Positions 18,701 to 27,186 of a stretch of 64,000 nt of DNA are shown piece by piece (the first letter of the stretch is position 1; every line of letters begins with the position of its first letter). A model generated the notes under the pieces. That model saw only the letters and a program-made list of their open reading frames with translations. It had not been told where the DNA came from and ran no database searches. Made by a program: the position numbers and the translations under genes. Source of the DNA: Patescibacteria group bacterium (lineage in GTDB: Bacteria > Patescibacteriota > Dojkabacteria > GCA-002793355); assembly GCA_016860985.1 (NCBI GenBank), contig BOKM01000001.1:789857-853856 (forward strand), written 5' to 3'.

Positions 18701-18813
18701 TACCTCCTGTATCCCGCTTTTCCCCGACTGGTGAGCGAACAAAAAAGCGTGAGAGTGTGATTGATAAATTGACTAGATTTTTTGAAAGATTTTTCAACAT
18801 ATCTAGTTCTTAA
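15754..18813 (+). CDS. hsdR: Type I RM restriction subunit HsdR (SF2 helicase/endonuclease)
   Basis: Walker A TGSGKT, DECH box (IFDECHRSQFG), helicase C-terminal motifs, 1019 aa; start overlaps the hsdS end. Confidence 0.9.
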   Translation: MSDNKHTYYNMVAQGSESTVVAEYTRDANMVRDVGYQSENDLEQTFIKQLQSQAYEYVSIKSEADLIANLRRQLEKLNNYSFSDGEWEKFFVSTLANPNQSIVEKTITIQEDYIKNLTRDDGSIKNIYLIKKDNIHDNFLQVINQYATEDGQRSNRYDVTVLVNGLPLVHIELKRRGVAIQEAFNQINRYNRESFWASSGLFEYVQIFIISNGTHTKYYSNTTRAQHVKDSSEGSAKVGKRTSNSFEFTSWWADATNRPITDLMDFAKTFFAKHTILNILTRYCVFTTDKLLLVMRPYQIVATERILNRIEVSTNYKKMGTVEAGGYIWHTTGSGKTLTSFKTAQLVSKLIDIEKVIFVVDRKDLDYQTMREYDKFEKGAANSNTSTAILTKQLSDPNARIIVTTIQKLDRFISRNGQHAIFDGHVVLIFDECHRSQFGDMHAAITKAFNNYHLFGFTGTPIFAINSSSGGRPDFKTTEQAFGEKLHTYTIVDAIADKNVLPFKVDYISTVREAEDIEDKKVNDIDREAILSAPERISNIVKYIREHFDQKTKRNSYYKIKDRRLAGFNSIFAVASIDVAKKYYSEFKKQLEGLPSDKQLKVATIYSFGVNDEDLDGMIDENSEDTAGLDVSSRDFLESAISDYNRMFGTSYDTSSDKFQNYYKDVSERVKNREIDILIVVNMFLTGFDATTLNTLWVDKNLRLHGLLQAFSRTNRILNSVKTFGNIVCFRNLEKATNESIALFGDKEASGIVLLKAYDDYYHGYKDGDKEVRGYESLVKELLERFPVGERILGEQNQKDFVKLYGAILRVRNILSTFDEFAGNEILSDRDVQDYHSAYIDIYNEFRKSKKEEKENVNEDVIFEMELIKQVDINIDYILGLIKKYHEDHTKNKELLLDINKAIDSSVELRNKKDLINQFIASLDIHSVVDDDWQKFIEGKKVEELESIIESEGLDHDATYTFIKNAFRNGNVTTTGTAITNILPPVSRFSPTGERTKKRESVIDKLTRFFERFFNISSS

Positions 18814-18822
18814 GGAGAATAT

Positions 18823-20082
18823 ATGAAAAAAATTAAAGTTAGCATTCAAGATGAAAATACACTCATCCTCCTTGAGGATGCCCAAAAAGGCGATCTCATC
18901 GATCTCAAATCTATTCATGAGGCTGATATTGATAAATCTTCAATTGAGTCACTCATCAAATCTATCAAAACCTCGGAATTTAATGCCCAGCTCGAAGCTG
19001 CGAAGCAAAATATTGCTAAACAGAAGGAGCTAGAGGCTGAGATTAAAACAAAGGATATCGTCACCAAAAAGAATGAAGAATTGGCAAAAAAAGATCAGGA
19101 AATTACTACTCTCAACACCAAAATCGAAGGAATAGCTAAACAAGTTGAATCCGATGCGAAAGTAAAGTTACTTGAGGAAAAACAAGCAATTGAGGAAACC
19201 TATCGACAAAAACTTACTGACAAAGATACAGAAATCCAAGAAATCAAACATCAGAAAGAGTTAAGCGAGCAAATATTGCAGGATAAACTCAAGGCAAGCG
19301 AGACATCACTTGTGTCTTTAAAAGAAATGCGATCCCGCATGAGCACCAAAATGATTGGAGAATCTCTTGAGGTTCATTGTGAAAATGAATTTAATAAACT
19401 CCGCCCGCTAGCTTTCCCAAGGGCTCAATTTGGTAAAGATAATGCTGTTTCATCATCTGGTTCAAAAGGTGATTATATTTATCGTGAGTACGACGACGAT
19501 GGCAACGAGATATTGACCATCATGTTTGAGATGAAGAATGAAGATGACTCGACGGCAACCAAGCACAAAAATAAAGACTTTTTTAAGGAACTAGATAAGG
19601 ATCGCCGTGAAAAGAATTGCGAGTATGCGGTTTTGGTGAGTTTACTGGAGAAAGACAACGAGTATTACGATGATATCGTCACCGTCTCTGACTATCCTTT
19701 GATGTACGCAATTCGCCCTCAACACTTTATTACGATTATCGGCTTTTTGCGCCAAGGGAATCTAAAATCACAGGAGTTGCAGAGAAAAATTCAAATTCTC
19801 AAGAATCAAAACATTGATGTAACCAACTTTGAGGCCAACATGAACGCTTTTAAAGATGCGTTCTCAAGAAATTATAACCTTGCGTCAGACCAATTTAGTA
19901 AAGCCATCGAAGAAATTGATAAAACAATTGATCACCTGAATAAGGTAAAAGAAAACTTACTTAAATCTGATAATAATTTGAGATTAGCCAATAACAAAGC
20001 GTCAGAACTTACAGTTAAAAGATTGACAGCGAATAGCCCTAGTGTGGCAAAGGCTTTTGAGGAAAGTGATAAACAACAATAA
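18823..20082 (+). CDS. coiled-coil protein with C-terminal PD-(D/E)xK nuclease-like domain (DUF2130-like)
   Basis: About 170 aa of coiled-coil, then GDYIYREYDDDGNEILTIMFEMKNE, which fits a D...ExK restriction-endonuclease fold. Confidence 0.4.
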   Translation: MKKIKVSIQDENTLILLEDAQKGDLIDLKSIHEADIDKSSIESLIKSIKTSEFNAQLEAAKQNIAKQKELEAEIKTKDIVTKKNEELAKKDQEITTLNTKIEGIAKQVESDAKVKLLEEKQAIEETYRQKLTDKDTEIQEIKHQKELSEQILQDKLKASETSLVSLKEMRSRMSTKMIGESLEVHCENEFNKLRPLAFPRAQFGKDNAVSSSGSKGDYIYREYDDDGNEILTIMFEMKNEDDSTATKHKNKDFFKELDKDRREKNCEYAVLVSLLEKDNEYYDDIVTVSDYPLMYAIRPQHFITIIGFLRQGNLKSQELQRKIQILKNQNIDVTNFEANMNAFKDAFSRNYNLASDQFSKAIEEIDKTIDHLNKVKENLLKSDNNLRLANNKASELTVKRLTANSPSVAKAFEESDKQQ

Positions 20083-20084
20083 AT

Positions 20085-20858
20085 ATGATTCAAAATTCAT
20101 TTAAATCCATTGCAATCAAGATAATCACCGAAGCTGGCAAACCCCTCCATTATCGAGAGATTACTAGGATAGCAACTGAACAGGGATTGCTCAAAACAGA
20201 TGGTAAAACTCCATGGGCAACCATGAACGCTCAGCTTTCAATGGATATTGTTAACAATGGCGAAAATTCTCAATTTTATAGAGCTCAGCCAGGATATTTT
20301 GGCTTACGAGAGCTTGGAGTCACTACTACATCAACGATTAAAAAATCATTAACCTATGTTGTAGCCAAGCATAAAGTAACTGATTCTCTCAATACCAAGC
20401 AAAAAGGTGATATTGCGGAAGCTAGAGTTGCAGAATTGCTCACACTCTACGGTGATGAGGGCTTAAGCTGTTACCGCCCAATTAGTGATGATGAGGGTAT
20501 CGATATTATCGCTAAGCGTCGTGAAAAACTTGAAGTCGCATATATCCAAGTCAAATCCAGTTACGGATATAAAGATCGAGGTTTTGTTTCCTCGGTTAGA
20601 GAAAAGCAAATTGTCAACAAAGAACGTATGATTTTAGTTTTTGTTTATTTTGACCTCTCAGAAGGCGATTTATTTGACCAAGTATTTTGTATCCCCGCCC
20701 CAGACTTCTTGCAACTGACTGCAAATGAAGATAAAAAGCCCGGGGAGCGTGTCTTCACTGTTGGGCTACGTAACCCTGATAAATCTAAATATGCTGAGTT
20801 TATGATCGAGAAGCGAGAGCTTGCGAATCGAATTATTGAAATTATGGATAAACTGTAA
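20085..20858 (+). CDS. HARE-HTH domain fused to Mrr-like PD-(D/E)xK restriction-endonuclease catalytic domain
   Basis: N-terminus SIAIKIITEAGKPLHYREITRIATEQGLLKTDGKTPWATMNAQLSMDI matches HARE-HTH; C-terminus DDEGIDIIAKR ... AYIQVKS matches the Mrr_cat GDGGIDG ... QCK motifs. Confidence 0.6.
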   Translation: MIQNSFKSIAIKIITEAGKPLHYREITRIATEQGLLKTDGKTPWATMNAQLSMDIVNNGENSQFYRAQPGYFGLRELGVTTTSTIKKSLTYVVAKHKVTDSLNTKQKGDIAEARVAELLTLYGDEGLSCYRPISDDEGIDIIAKRREKLEVAYIQVKSSYGYKDRGFVSSVREKQIVNKERMILVFVYFDLSEGDLFDQVFCIPAPDFLQLTANEDKKPGERVFTVGLRNPDKSKYAEFMIEKRELANRIIEIMDKL

Positions 20859-20860
20859 AT

Positions 20861-21694
20861 ATGAAATTATTAATAATTGGCGCTACTTCATATATCGGAT
20901 CACGCCTAGTTTTCGATCTACAAGACGAAAATGGTGTTGTGGGCACATACCATTCAAACAATACAATTTCACCAAATTTTATCCATGTAGATATTAGGGA
21001 CAGGCAATCTATTGATAAATTGGTCGCTGACGTTAATCCAGAGGTGGTTGTGCATCTAGCAAACTACTCAAGCTCCAGGCAAATAAAAGGCAATGAGGTA
21101 GATTTTCCAAAACTAAATCTTGAAGCAACCATCAATATTGTTGAAGTGCTAAATAAATATGAGAAACCCTTAATATTCTTTTCTTCTATGGCTGCTACTA
21201 CAAAGCAGGATCTTTATGGAGAACTCAAAGCAAAATCTGAGGAAATCGTCAAAACGGTAAAAAAGGGATTTGCGATTGTCCGCCCATCTGCGGTGATCGG
21301 GCTTAGTCCGGTACAATCACATAACAAAATCACAGACAAAATCCTCTCCGTTATAAACGGCCAAACCCAGGAATTTGATAATTCATGGATATTACAGCCA
21401 ACCTACATCGGACACCTATCCCAGGTGATTGAACAGATCGTTTTAAAGGGAATCTGGAATGAAGAATTTAATATATTTACGGACTACCCAGTGACACAAT
21501 ATCAGATCGCAACTGATATTCTTCAGAAATTTGATCTGAAAGCCAACCCCATTGATACTGGAAGAGTTGTTCCTTTGGCTAAGATTGATGACCAAAAGAT
21601 GAAGCTATTTAAACTTTCGCCGGCGTCGTATAAAGAAATTATCGATCGGATAGTATCTGAACTTAAAAATCCATTACTATTCCAGATTAACTAA
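20861..21694 (+). CDS. NAD(P)-dependent SDR-family epimerase/reductase (RmlD-like)
   Basis: Rossmann IIGATSYIGSRL and catalytic YGELK (YxxxK). Confidence 0.6.
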   Translation: MKLLIIGATSYIGSRLVFDLQDENGVVGTYHSNNTISPNFIHVDIRDRQSIDKLVADVNPEVVVHLANYSSSRQIKGNEVDFPKLNLEATINIVEVLNKYEKPLIFFSSMAATTKQDLYGELKAKSEEIVKTVKKGFAIVRPSAVIGLSPVQSHNKITDKILSVINGQTQEFDNSWILQPTYIGHLSQVIEQIVLKGIWNEEFNIFTDYPVTQYQIATDILQKFDLKANPIDTGRVVPLAKIDDQKMKLFKLSPASYKEIIDRIVSELKNPLLFQIN

Positions 21695-21714
21695 GAAAAT
21701 TCTATAATCAAACT

Positions 21715-21918
21715 ATGGCACCGAATAAAATTGGCAAAAAACTAAAAGACGCACGAAAGAAGCTTGGCCTCAAGCAGTCTGATGTGGCTGAAAAAGCAGA
21801 TATCAGTGTCAATTATTATGCTCGCATTGAGCGTAATGAAGAAAATCCTACCTTAGAAACCTTGGAACGTGTATTGAAGGCACTGAAACTTAAATCCTCG
21901 GATGTACTCTCGTTTTAA
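21715..21918 (+). CDS. XRE-family (Cro/CI-type) HTH transcriptional regulator
   Basis: LKQSDVAEKADISVNYYARIERNEENPTLETLERVLKAL. Confidence 0.75.
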   Translation: MAPNKIGKKLKDARKKLGLKQSDVAEKADISVNYYARIERNEENPTLETLERVLKALKLKSSDVLSF

Positions 21919-22157
21919 TCCTTCTTAAGCTTGATCGGATCAATTTTCCCGGATTGTTCATCTTCTACAATTTTGTGAGCGGCCATGTGAGCCAAGGCAG
22001 CTTTTTCCTCAAGATGTTTGATTGCATCTTCTCTAGTGCATGGCAAGTTCTGAGTTTTCAGGAATCGAATGGTTGTCTCGATATCTGCCTCACTAATTTG
22101 ATAACCTGAATTCTGTGTCATATGGTCGAAGTATAGCATTTTATATGTATCTCCCAA
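21915..22157 (-). CDS. hypothetical 80-aa protein, last gene of the minus-strand PLD module
   Basis: Start overlaps the PLD-gene stop by 17 nt. Confidence 0.3.
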   Translation of the reverse strand: MGDTYKMLYFDHMTQNSGYQISEADIETTIRFLKTQNLPCTREDAIKHLEEKAALAHMAAHKIVEDEQSGKIDPIKLKKD

Positions 22158-22587
22158 AATTCAAAAAATTAAACATATCTACGGCGAAGCCGCCGCCATC
22201 CAGGCGGCGCATAATTTCCCTGCTTTTTACTTGTGACAGGATATTCAAACTGCCTTCCCAAAGTATCTTTCGGTCAATTATTGCCAGTTTTCGGTGATGG
22301 TTGCCGACACAAAGAAAAACTTGAATTCCCAGGGCTTCTAGAGCCTCTATTTCGCTCTCGGATTGGACTTCGTAGCCGTCACTGTGATCATTTGGATCGC
22401 GAGTGATGATATAGACTTTAATTCCCTTGGAGTAGGCTCGCCTTAGACTTGGCCAGAGCATTTTCATTCGGCTTGAGGTGATAAATGGACTTTCGATGAT
22501 TATTTCTTCTGTAGCTTGGTCTAGATCCCTCAAGAAGGCTTTATAAAACGACTTTTCATCATGGAGTGCGGAGCTATAGTTATTCAT
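22141..22587 (-). CDS. single-HKD phospholipase-D-family nuclease (Nuc-like)
   Basis: HKD motif GNHHRKLAIIDRKILWEGSLNI (HxK(x)4D ... GSxN); 148 aa like dimeric Nuc endonucleases. Confidence 0.7.
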   Translation of the reverse strand: MNNYSSALHDEKSFYKAFLRDLDQATEEIIIESPFITSSRMKMLWPSLRRAYSKGIKVYIITRDPNDHSDGYEVQSESEIEALEALGIQVFLCVGNHHRKLAIIDRKILWEGSLNILSQVKSREIMRRLDGGGFAVDMFNFLNFGRYI

Positions 22588-23359
22588 GGCTCACCTCCAT
22601 ATTATCAATAAATACGATCTGACCATCTACCTCTTTGATCCCGAGTTCATCCAGTTTATAATACGTCCTTATAACACTGTCGAATAAGGGTTCCACCTGT
22701 GAGACAGTGAGCTCGTATTTTGCGTACCCCGAATTCTTGCCTTGTTTAATGTCATGGTAAAGCTGACCCAAACAAGTCGAAAGTTTTCCACTGTTTGAGG
22801 CTGGTCCAATAACTAGTACCAATGGCGCATTTGTTTCAATAAACTCATCTTTTTCGTACCCTAGTGGACCCACAGCAGCTTTAGGGTCTGGGTATCCGTC
22901 GATTATGTATCTATATGCAACTTGAACTTGCGAATCGCGTAACTTTGTTGCAAACGAACTAAGTTCGGAGGTAACATCACGAACCATATTAATAGCGACC
23001 GAAAATTTTACTGGAAAGGTTTCCTGGTACTCTTTCATTATTCGCCAAATAGCATCGAGATATGCCTCGTTATGATTATTAAGCATTCTATTGTTTTGAA
23101 TATCTTCGGCATTCACGCAGAACAGCAACTCGTATGGGGTGTTGATATTTTTTACAATTTCGGGCTTCACACTTGGATTGAACCCAGGCAAAACTCGTTG
23201 TGCGTGGGGGTCGTAAAGAAATTTGCCACCAATTTCGAGATACAGAGTGCCTCCTTTAAACTTCTCTAAACGTTTAGTTAAAGCCTCTTGCTGTAGCATT
23301 AGGTATTTCTGGTTGTCAAAACCAAGTTCTTTGTGTTCGATTATTTCCGTTGAGTTCAT
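22580..23359 (-). CDS. hypothetical 259-aa protein, first gene of the PLD module
   Basis: ORF with stop overlapping the PLD start; Rx4H (RMLNNH) HEPN-like motif present but not diagnostic. Confidence 0.35.
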   Translation of the reverse strand: MNSTEIIEHKELGFDNQKYLMLQQEALTKRLEKFKGGTLYLEIGGKFLYDPHAQRVLPGFNPSVKPEIVKNINTPYELLFCVNAEDIQNNRMLNNHNEAYLDAIWRIMKEYQETFPVKFSVAINMVRDVTSELSSFATKLRDSQVQVAYRYIIDGYPDPKAAVGPLGYEKDEFIETNAPLVLVIGPASNSGKLSTCLGQLYHDIKQGKNSGYAKYELTVSQVEPLFDSVIRTYYKLDELGIKEVDGQIVFIDNMEVSHE

Positions 23360-23373
23360 CTCACAATCATACT

Positions 23374-24435
23374 CTACGCCTCGAGTATTTGTGAATAATT
23401 CCCAAAAAGCATTACTACTCTATCTATTCCGAGGGCATTGCCGCTGCAGGCAGGTAGTCCGTGTTTTAGTGCGTCAACAAACTCCCAATCATAGGGATAA
23501 TTAGTCTTGTTCTTTGCTTCTTCGATTTTCGCAATTTCTCTTTCGAATGCTGCTTTTTGCAGATTTGGATCTGTGTTCTCTGTATAAGTATCGCAAATTT
23601 CAAGCCCTGCAATCATTACCTCAAAACGCTCTGCCCATACATTTCCTTTCACTTTTTCCCCGTTTTTTGGCTTTGCCAAAGGAGAAAGCTCGTGTGGGTA
23701 ATCGTAAAGAATAACTGGTTTAGTTGGGTCAAGTTCTGGTTCTATATAGGTAAGAAGGATTTGGTTAAACAATTCTTCCCATGTCGTGTTAGCCGTTACC
23801 GTAATGCCGAGTTCTGGCCTATTTGCCAGTATTTCTCCGAATTGTTTCACAGAAAAAGCACCAGTAGACTCATCCCACGTTTGCTCCAAATCAATGGATG
23901 TAAATTGCTTGAACGCTTCGTTGATGCTCAGACGAAGCCAGGGAGTTGAGAGAGTTACGGTATGTTCTCCAAATGGGATTGTTCCTTTTGGAGCAAACTC
24001 AGCTGCCAAGGCGGTAAATAACTCTTCTGTTGTTTGCATCACATTCTCGTAGTTGCTACCCTGTTCGTACCACTCAAGCATTGAAAACTCACTTAAGTGT
24101 TTGCCTGAGAGCGGCTCACCATTTCGAAAGCTTCTGGTAATGGCAAAATTGCTTCCAAAACCTGCTGCAAGTAACTTCTTTTGAAATGCCTCAGGTGAAG
24201 TCATCAGGTACTTCTTTTGCTCAATTTTACCTTCTAGCCCGATACGTTTTTCGGTGGTCTCAAATATATCGAGATAAGATTCAGGGATTAACGCGTTGTT
24301 CAGAATGGGAGGTTCAACTTCGAGTAAACCCTTTTCAGCAAAAAAACGTCGGATTACGGATATGATATTCAGTTTTAACAAATACTGCGCTTTAAACTCT
24401 GGCGAGTTTATGATTGAGGAAAAAAACGTTTGCAT
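23374..24435 (-). CDS. epmA: EF-P-(R)-beta-lysine ligase EpmA (GenX/PoxA, truncated class II LysRS paralogue)
   Basis: Class II aaRS motif 2 FRNGEP and motif 3 GNALGIDRVVML; about 350 aa; adjacent to efp. Confidence 0.75.
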   Translation of the reverse strand: MQTFFSSIINSPEFKAQYLLKLNIISVIRRFFAEKGLLEVEPPILNNALIPESYLDIFETTEKRIGLEGKIEQKKYLMTSPEAFQKKLLAAGFGSNFAITRSFRNGEPLSGKHLSEFSMLEWYEQGSNYENVMQTTEELFTALAAEFAPKGTIPFGEHTVTLSTPWLRLSINEAFKQFTSIDLEQTWDESTGAFSVKQFGEILANRPELGITVTANTTWEELFNQILLTYIEPELDPTKPVILYDYPHELSPLAKPKNGEKVKGNVWAERFEVMIAGLEICDTYTENTDPNLQKAAFEREIAKIEEAKNKTNYPYDWEFVDALKHGLPACSGNALGIDRVVMLFGNYSQILEA

Positions 24436-24451
24436 TATTGATGTTGCAAAC

Positions 24452-25015
24452 TTATTCTGTTGCTCTACCTTGATAAGTTCCGTAATACGGATCTACCTTA
24501 ATTTTTTCACCAATGTCGACAAATAATGGAACTTGAACCGTTGCTCCGGTTTCGAGTACTGCTTCTTTGGTTGCGTTTGTAGCGGTATTGCCACGAACAG
24601 CTGGAGAAGTTTCGGTTACTTCGAGAGTTACCTGTGCGGGGAACTTAATTGAGATTGGTTGTTCGTTATAGATAATAAGAATGTAGTCGCTACCAGCCTT
24701 CATGTATTGCAAGTAGGTGTCAATCAAGCTGTTTGCCAAAGTAAATTGCTCGTAGGTGTCAGGGTCCATGAAGGTAGAGTTGTTTGTGTCGCTAAAAAGG
24801 AATTGCATTGTTTTAAAATTGACGTCTAGTTCTTCCACTCTTTCGCCTGATTTGAAGGTAAAGGGAATTACTCGGTTTGTGTTAAGGTTCTTCATCTTTA
24901 CGCGGGTAAAAGCGGAACCTTTTCCTGGTGAGTAAAACTCTGCATCGGTAATATAGTATGGCTCATTATTAAACATGATAAACATGTTCTTTTTAATGTT
25001 GTCTGTTTGTGCCAT
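24452..25015 (-). CDS. efp: translation elongation factor P
   Basis: N-terminal KOW-like domain with the modified-lysine loop SPGKGSAF; 187 aa. Confidence 0.9.
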   Translation of the reverse strand: MAQTDNIKKNMFIMFNNEPYYITDAEFYSPGKGSAFTRVKMKNLNTNRVIPFTFKSGERVEELDVNFKTMQFLFSDTNNSTFMDPDTYEQFTLANSLIDTYLQYMKAGSDYILIIYNEQPISIKFPAQVTLEVTETSPAVRGNTATNATKEAVLETGATVQVPLFVDIGEKIKVDPYYGTYQGRATE

Positions 25016-25074
25016 GAAAGTATGTGTTAATTTGGTTTTCTTTGCGAATTATAGCACAGAATTGGGCTGATTGG

Positions 25075-27186
25075 TTACCTTCGTTTTGATGATTTTGCAG
25101 CAGTTTGTTGTGGGAGTTTTTGGGGAAGCTGAATAAAGAAGGTTGTTCCCTCTCCTACTTTACTTGTAAACCATACTTTCCCACCATGTGCGTCTACTAC
25201 CTTTTTGGCGATAAATAATCCGATTCCGGTACCATCTGGTCGGACAAGCTTTGCATTATCAAGTCGAGAAAAACGCTTAAAAATATGATCAGCTTTTTCA
25301 GGTGGAATGCCAATTCCAGTATCGGCAACAGAGATAAGTACCCTTTGGTCATCGCTTGAGAGTGAAACGGTTACACTACCTTTGGGGGTATAGGCAATGG
25401 CGTTATCGATGAGGTTGAGTACGGCCTCAAATACTTTGGTTTGGTCAATGGAGAGGAGTACTTTTCGTTTTGGAAGGTTTGTTTCTAATAGTAATCCTTT
25501 ATCTGATGCCTTTTTGTGAAGTTCTATCGCAGCATTCTTTACAAGTTGTAACACGTCTGTGTCTGTTCTGTTAATTACCAAACGTGCTTGCTCGATTCGA
25601 GAGGCATTAAGAATATCTTCTACGATGTTATTGAGTTGGTCAGTATTTCTAAGTACACGTTCAAGGGAACTTAACAACTCGGAAGGAACTTGACCAAGAT
25701 CTCCACTCATAATCATTGAAAGGTAGCCACGAATAACAGATATAGGCGTTCTAAGTTGATGACTAGCCATAGAAATGAAATCGCTTTTTGCTTTATCGAG
25801 CTCGCGAAGTTTTGCGTTTGCGTTAACTAGCTTTTTGGTTTGTTGCGTTACTTTTTTCTGCAAAATAGAATTGAAGTTGTTGGTTTGTTCAAGCAGTGTT
25901 CGTTCAGCAAGAGTAACTTTTAATTTTTCGACAATGAATGAAACTGCGTCAATTTCTTGCTTGGTATAAGCTATTTGTCCGCTCTTTTCGTACATAATAA
26001 GCGGAATGTCGTCTGAAATTCTGACTAATATTCCATATCCTGCCTGATTCATATAGGTATGTTGTTTGGTTGTTGGTTGCAATTCTTGAAGTAGATAGAG
26101 CTTGCCTACCAAAAATGAATTTTTCTGCAAAACTTCGCTGAGTTCTGAGTCATTTACCATAAAAGCACGAAGTTTTGGAACCTCGTTAGTAATAATTTCG
26201 ACTGCACGTTTGAGAAATTCTTGTAAGGGCAAATCTTGAGTTCGCAATAAGTCTATTTGCCGCGAAATTTCCTCTACCTTAATTTTCTCTGCTGCCAAAA
26301 TGCTTCCTACAAACGTTCCAATTGTCTTTTGAATTCCTTTGATATTAACGGCAACAATAAGTGCAAAGACTAAATCGATAAAGATGTTGAGTGGGTCGTA
26401 GAACGAAAGGTTAAGAATTCTGATTTCAAACGAACGTATCAAAAAGATGACTAAGTAAAAGAAGGCAGAAAGCACAACAACTTCCATTATCTTTGATACA
26501 AAAGTGCCAATGTCAAAGAGTCGGTGGTATAAAATCGCCTGTGTAGTAAAGTAAAAGAGAAACAGCGTGCTTACCGGCCCAAAAGTCGCGAATATATCAA
26601 GCCCGAGCATCGGGAGCACCATATTGGTCAGTAGCGCACCTGCGGCAGATAAACCAAAGCCAGTAAGTAGATACTTTAATCGAAGTTGATCGAGCCCTTG
26701 CGACTTTCTGAAACGTTTATACATTGAGCCAAGTAGGTAGAAAATTCCACCAGCAAGGTAGATAAAGTAAATGGTGTATTGGTACCCATATGAGTAAACG
26801 TACTGTCCTCCACTTGTTCGTGTGACGCCAGTAATAAAAGCGTTTCCAAGTAATGCAACATTTAGGAAAATGAACCCTGCAAGCGCAAAGAACATGAAAA
26901 TTGATTGTTTGTAATTCTTTGATGTGCTGGGAAAGTTTGAGATAAAGCCATACAGTGAGAGAGGGAGAAATGTGGGCCCTATAAAGGCAAATCGCGCGAG
27001 CATAACTCTATGCGCATCTGTAGGCGAAAATTCAAGAAAAGAGAGTGGAACAATCCACAGTACCGTAATGAGCGAAATAAGAAAATAGAAAAAGGAAGCG
27101 GGCTCTTTACGAGCACGTAGCAATGTAGTTAACCCCAAAAAAAGGTTTAAAATTCCTACAACACTAATAACTGCAACAGCAATCAT
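25075..27186 (-). CDS. sensor histidine kinase with polytopic (about 7 TM) N-terminal sensor domain
   Basis: H-box ASHQLRTPISVIRGY; HATPase_c N, G1 (DTGIGIPPE) and G2 (GTGIGL) boxes. Confidence 0.85.
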   Translation of the reverse strand: MIAVAVISVVGILNLFLGLTTLLRARKEPASFFYFLISLITVLWIVPLSFLEFSPTDAHRVMLARFAFIGPTFLPLSLYGFISNFPSTSKNYKQSIFMFFALAGFIFLNVALLGNAFITGVTRTSGGQYVYSYGYQYTIYFIYLAGGIFYLLGSMYKRFRKSQGLDQLRLKYLLTGFGLSAAGALLTNMVLPMLGLDIFATFGPVSTLFLFYFTTQAILYHRLFDIGTFVSKIMEVVVLSAFFYLVIFLIRSFEIRILNLSFYDPLNIFIDLVFALIVAVNIKGIQKTIGTFVGSILAAEKIKVEEISRQIDLLRTQDLPLQEFLKRAVEIITNEVPKLRAFMVNDSELSEVLQKNSFLVGKLYLLQELQPTTKQHTYMNQAGYGILVRISDDIPLIMYEKSGQIAYTKQEIDAVSFIVEKLKVTLAERTLLEQTNNFNSILQKKVTQQTKKLVNANAKLRELDKAKSDFISMASHQLRTPISVIRGYLSMIMSGDLGQVPSELLSSLERVLRNTDQLNNIVEDILNASRIEQARLVINRTDTDVLQLVKNAAIELHKKASDKGLLLETNLPKRKVLLSIDQTKVFEAVLNLIDNAIAYTPKGSVTVSLSSDDQRVLISVADTGIGIPPEKADHIFKRFSRLDNAKLVRPDGTGIGLFIAKKVVDAHGGKVWFTSKVGEGTTFFIQLPQKLPQQTAAKSSKRR

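Noticed and set aside
22580-23359. Possible P-loop NTPase in the 259-aa protein (VLVIGPASNSGKLST)
   Set aside because: The spacing is G-x5-GK followed by L, not the canonical GxxxxGK[ST], so it is not called an ATPase.
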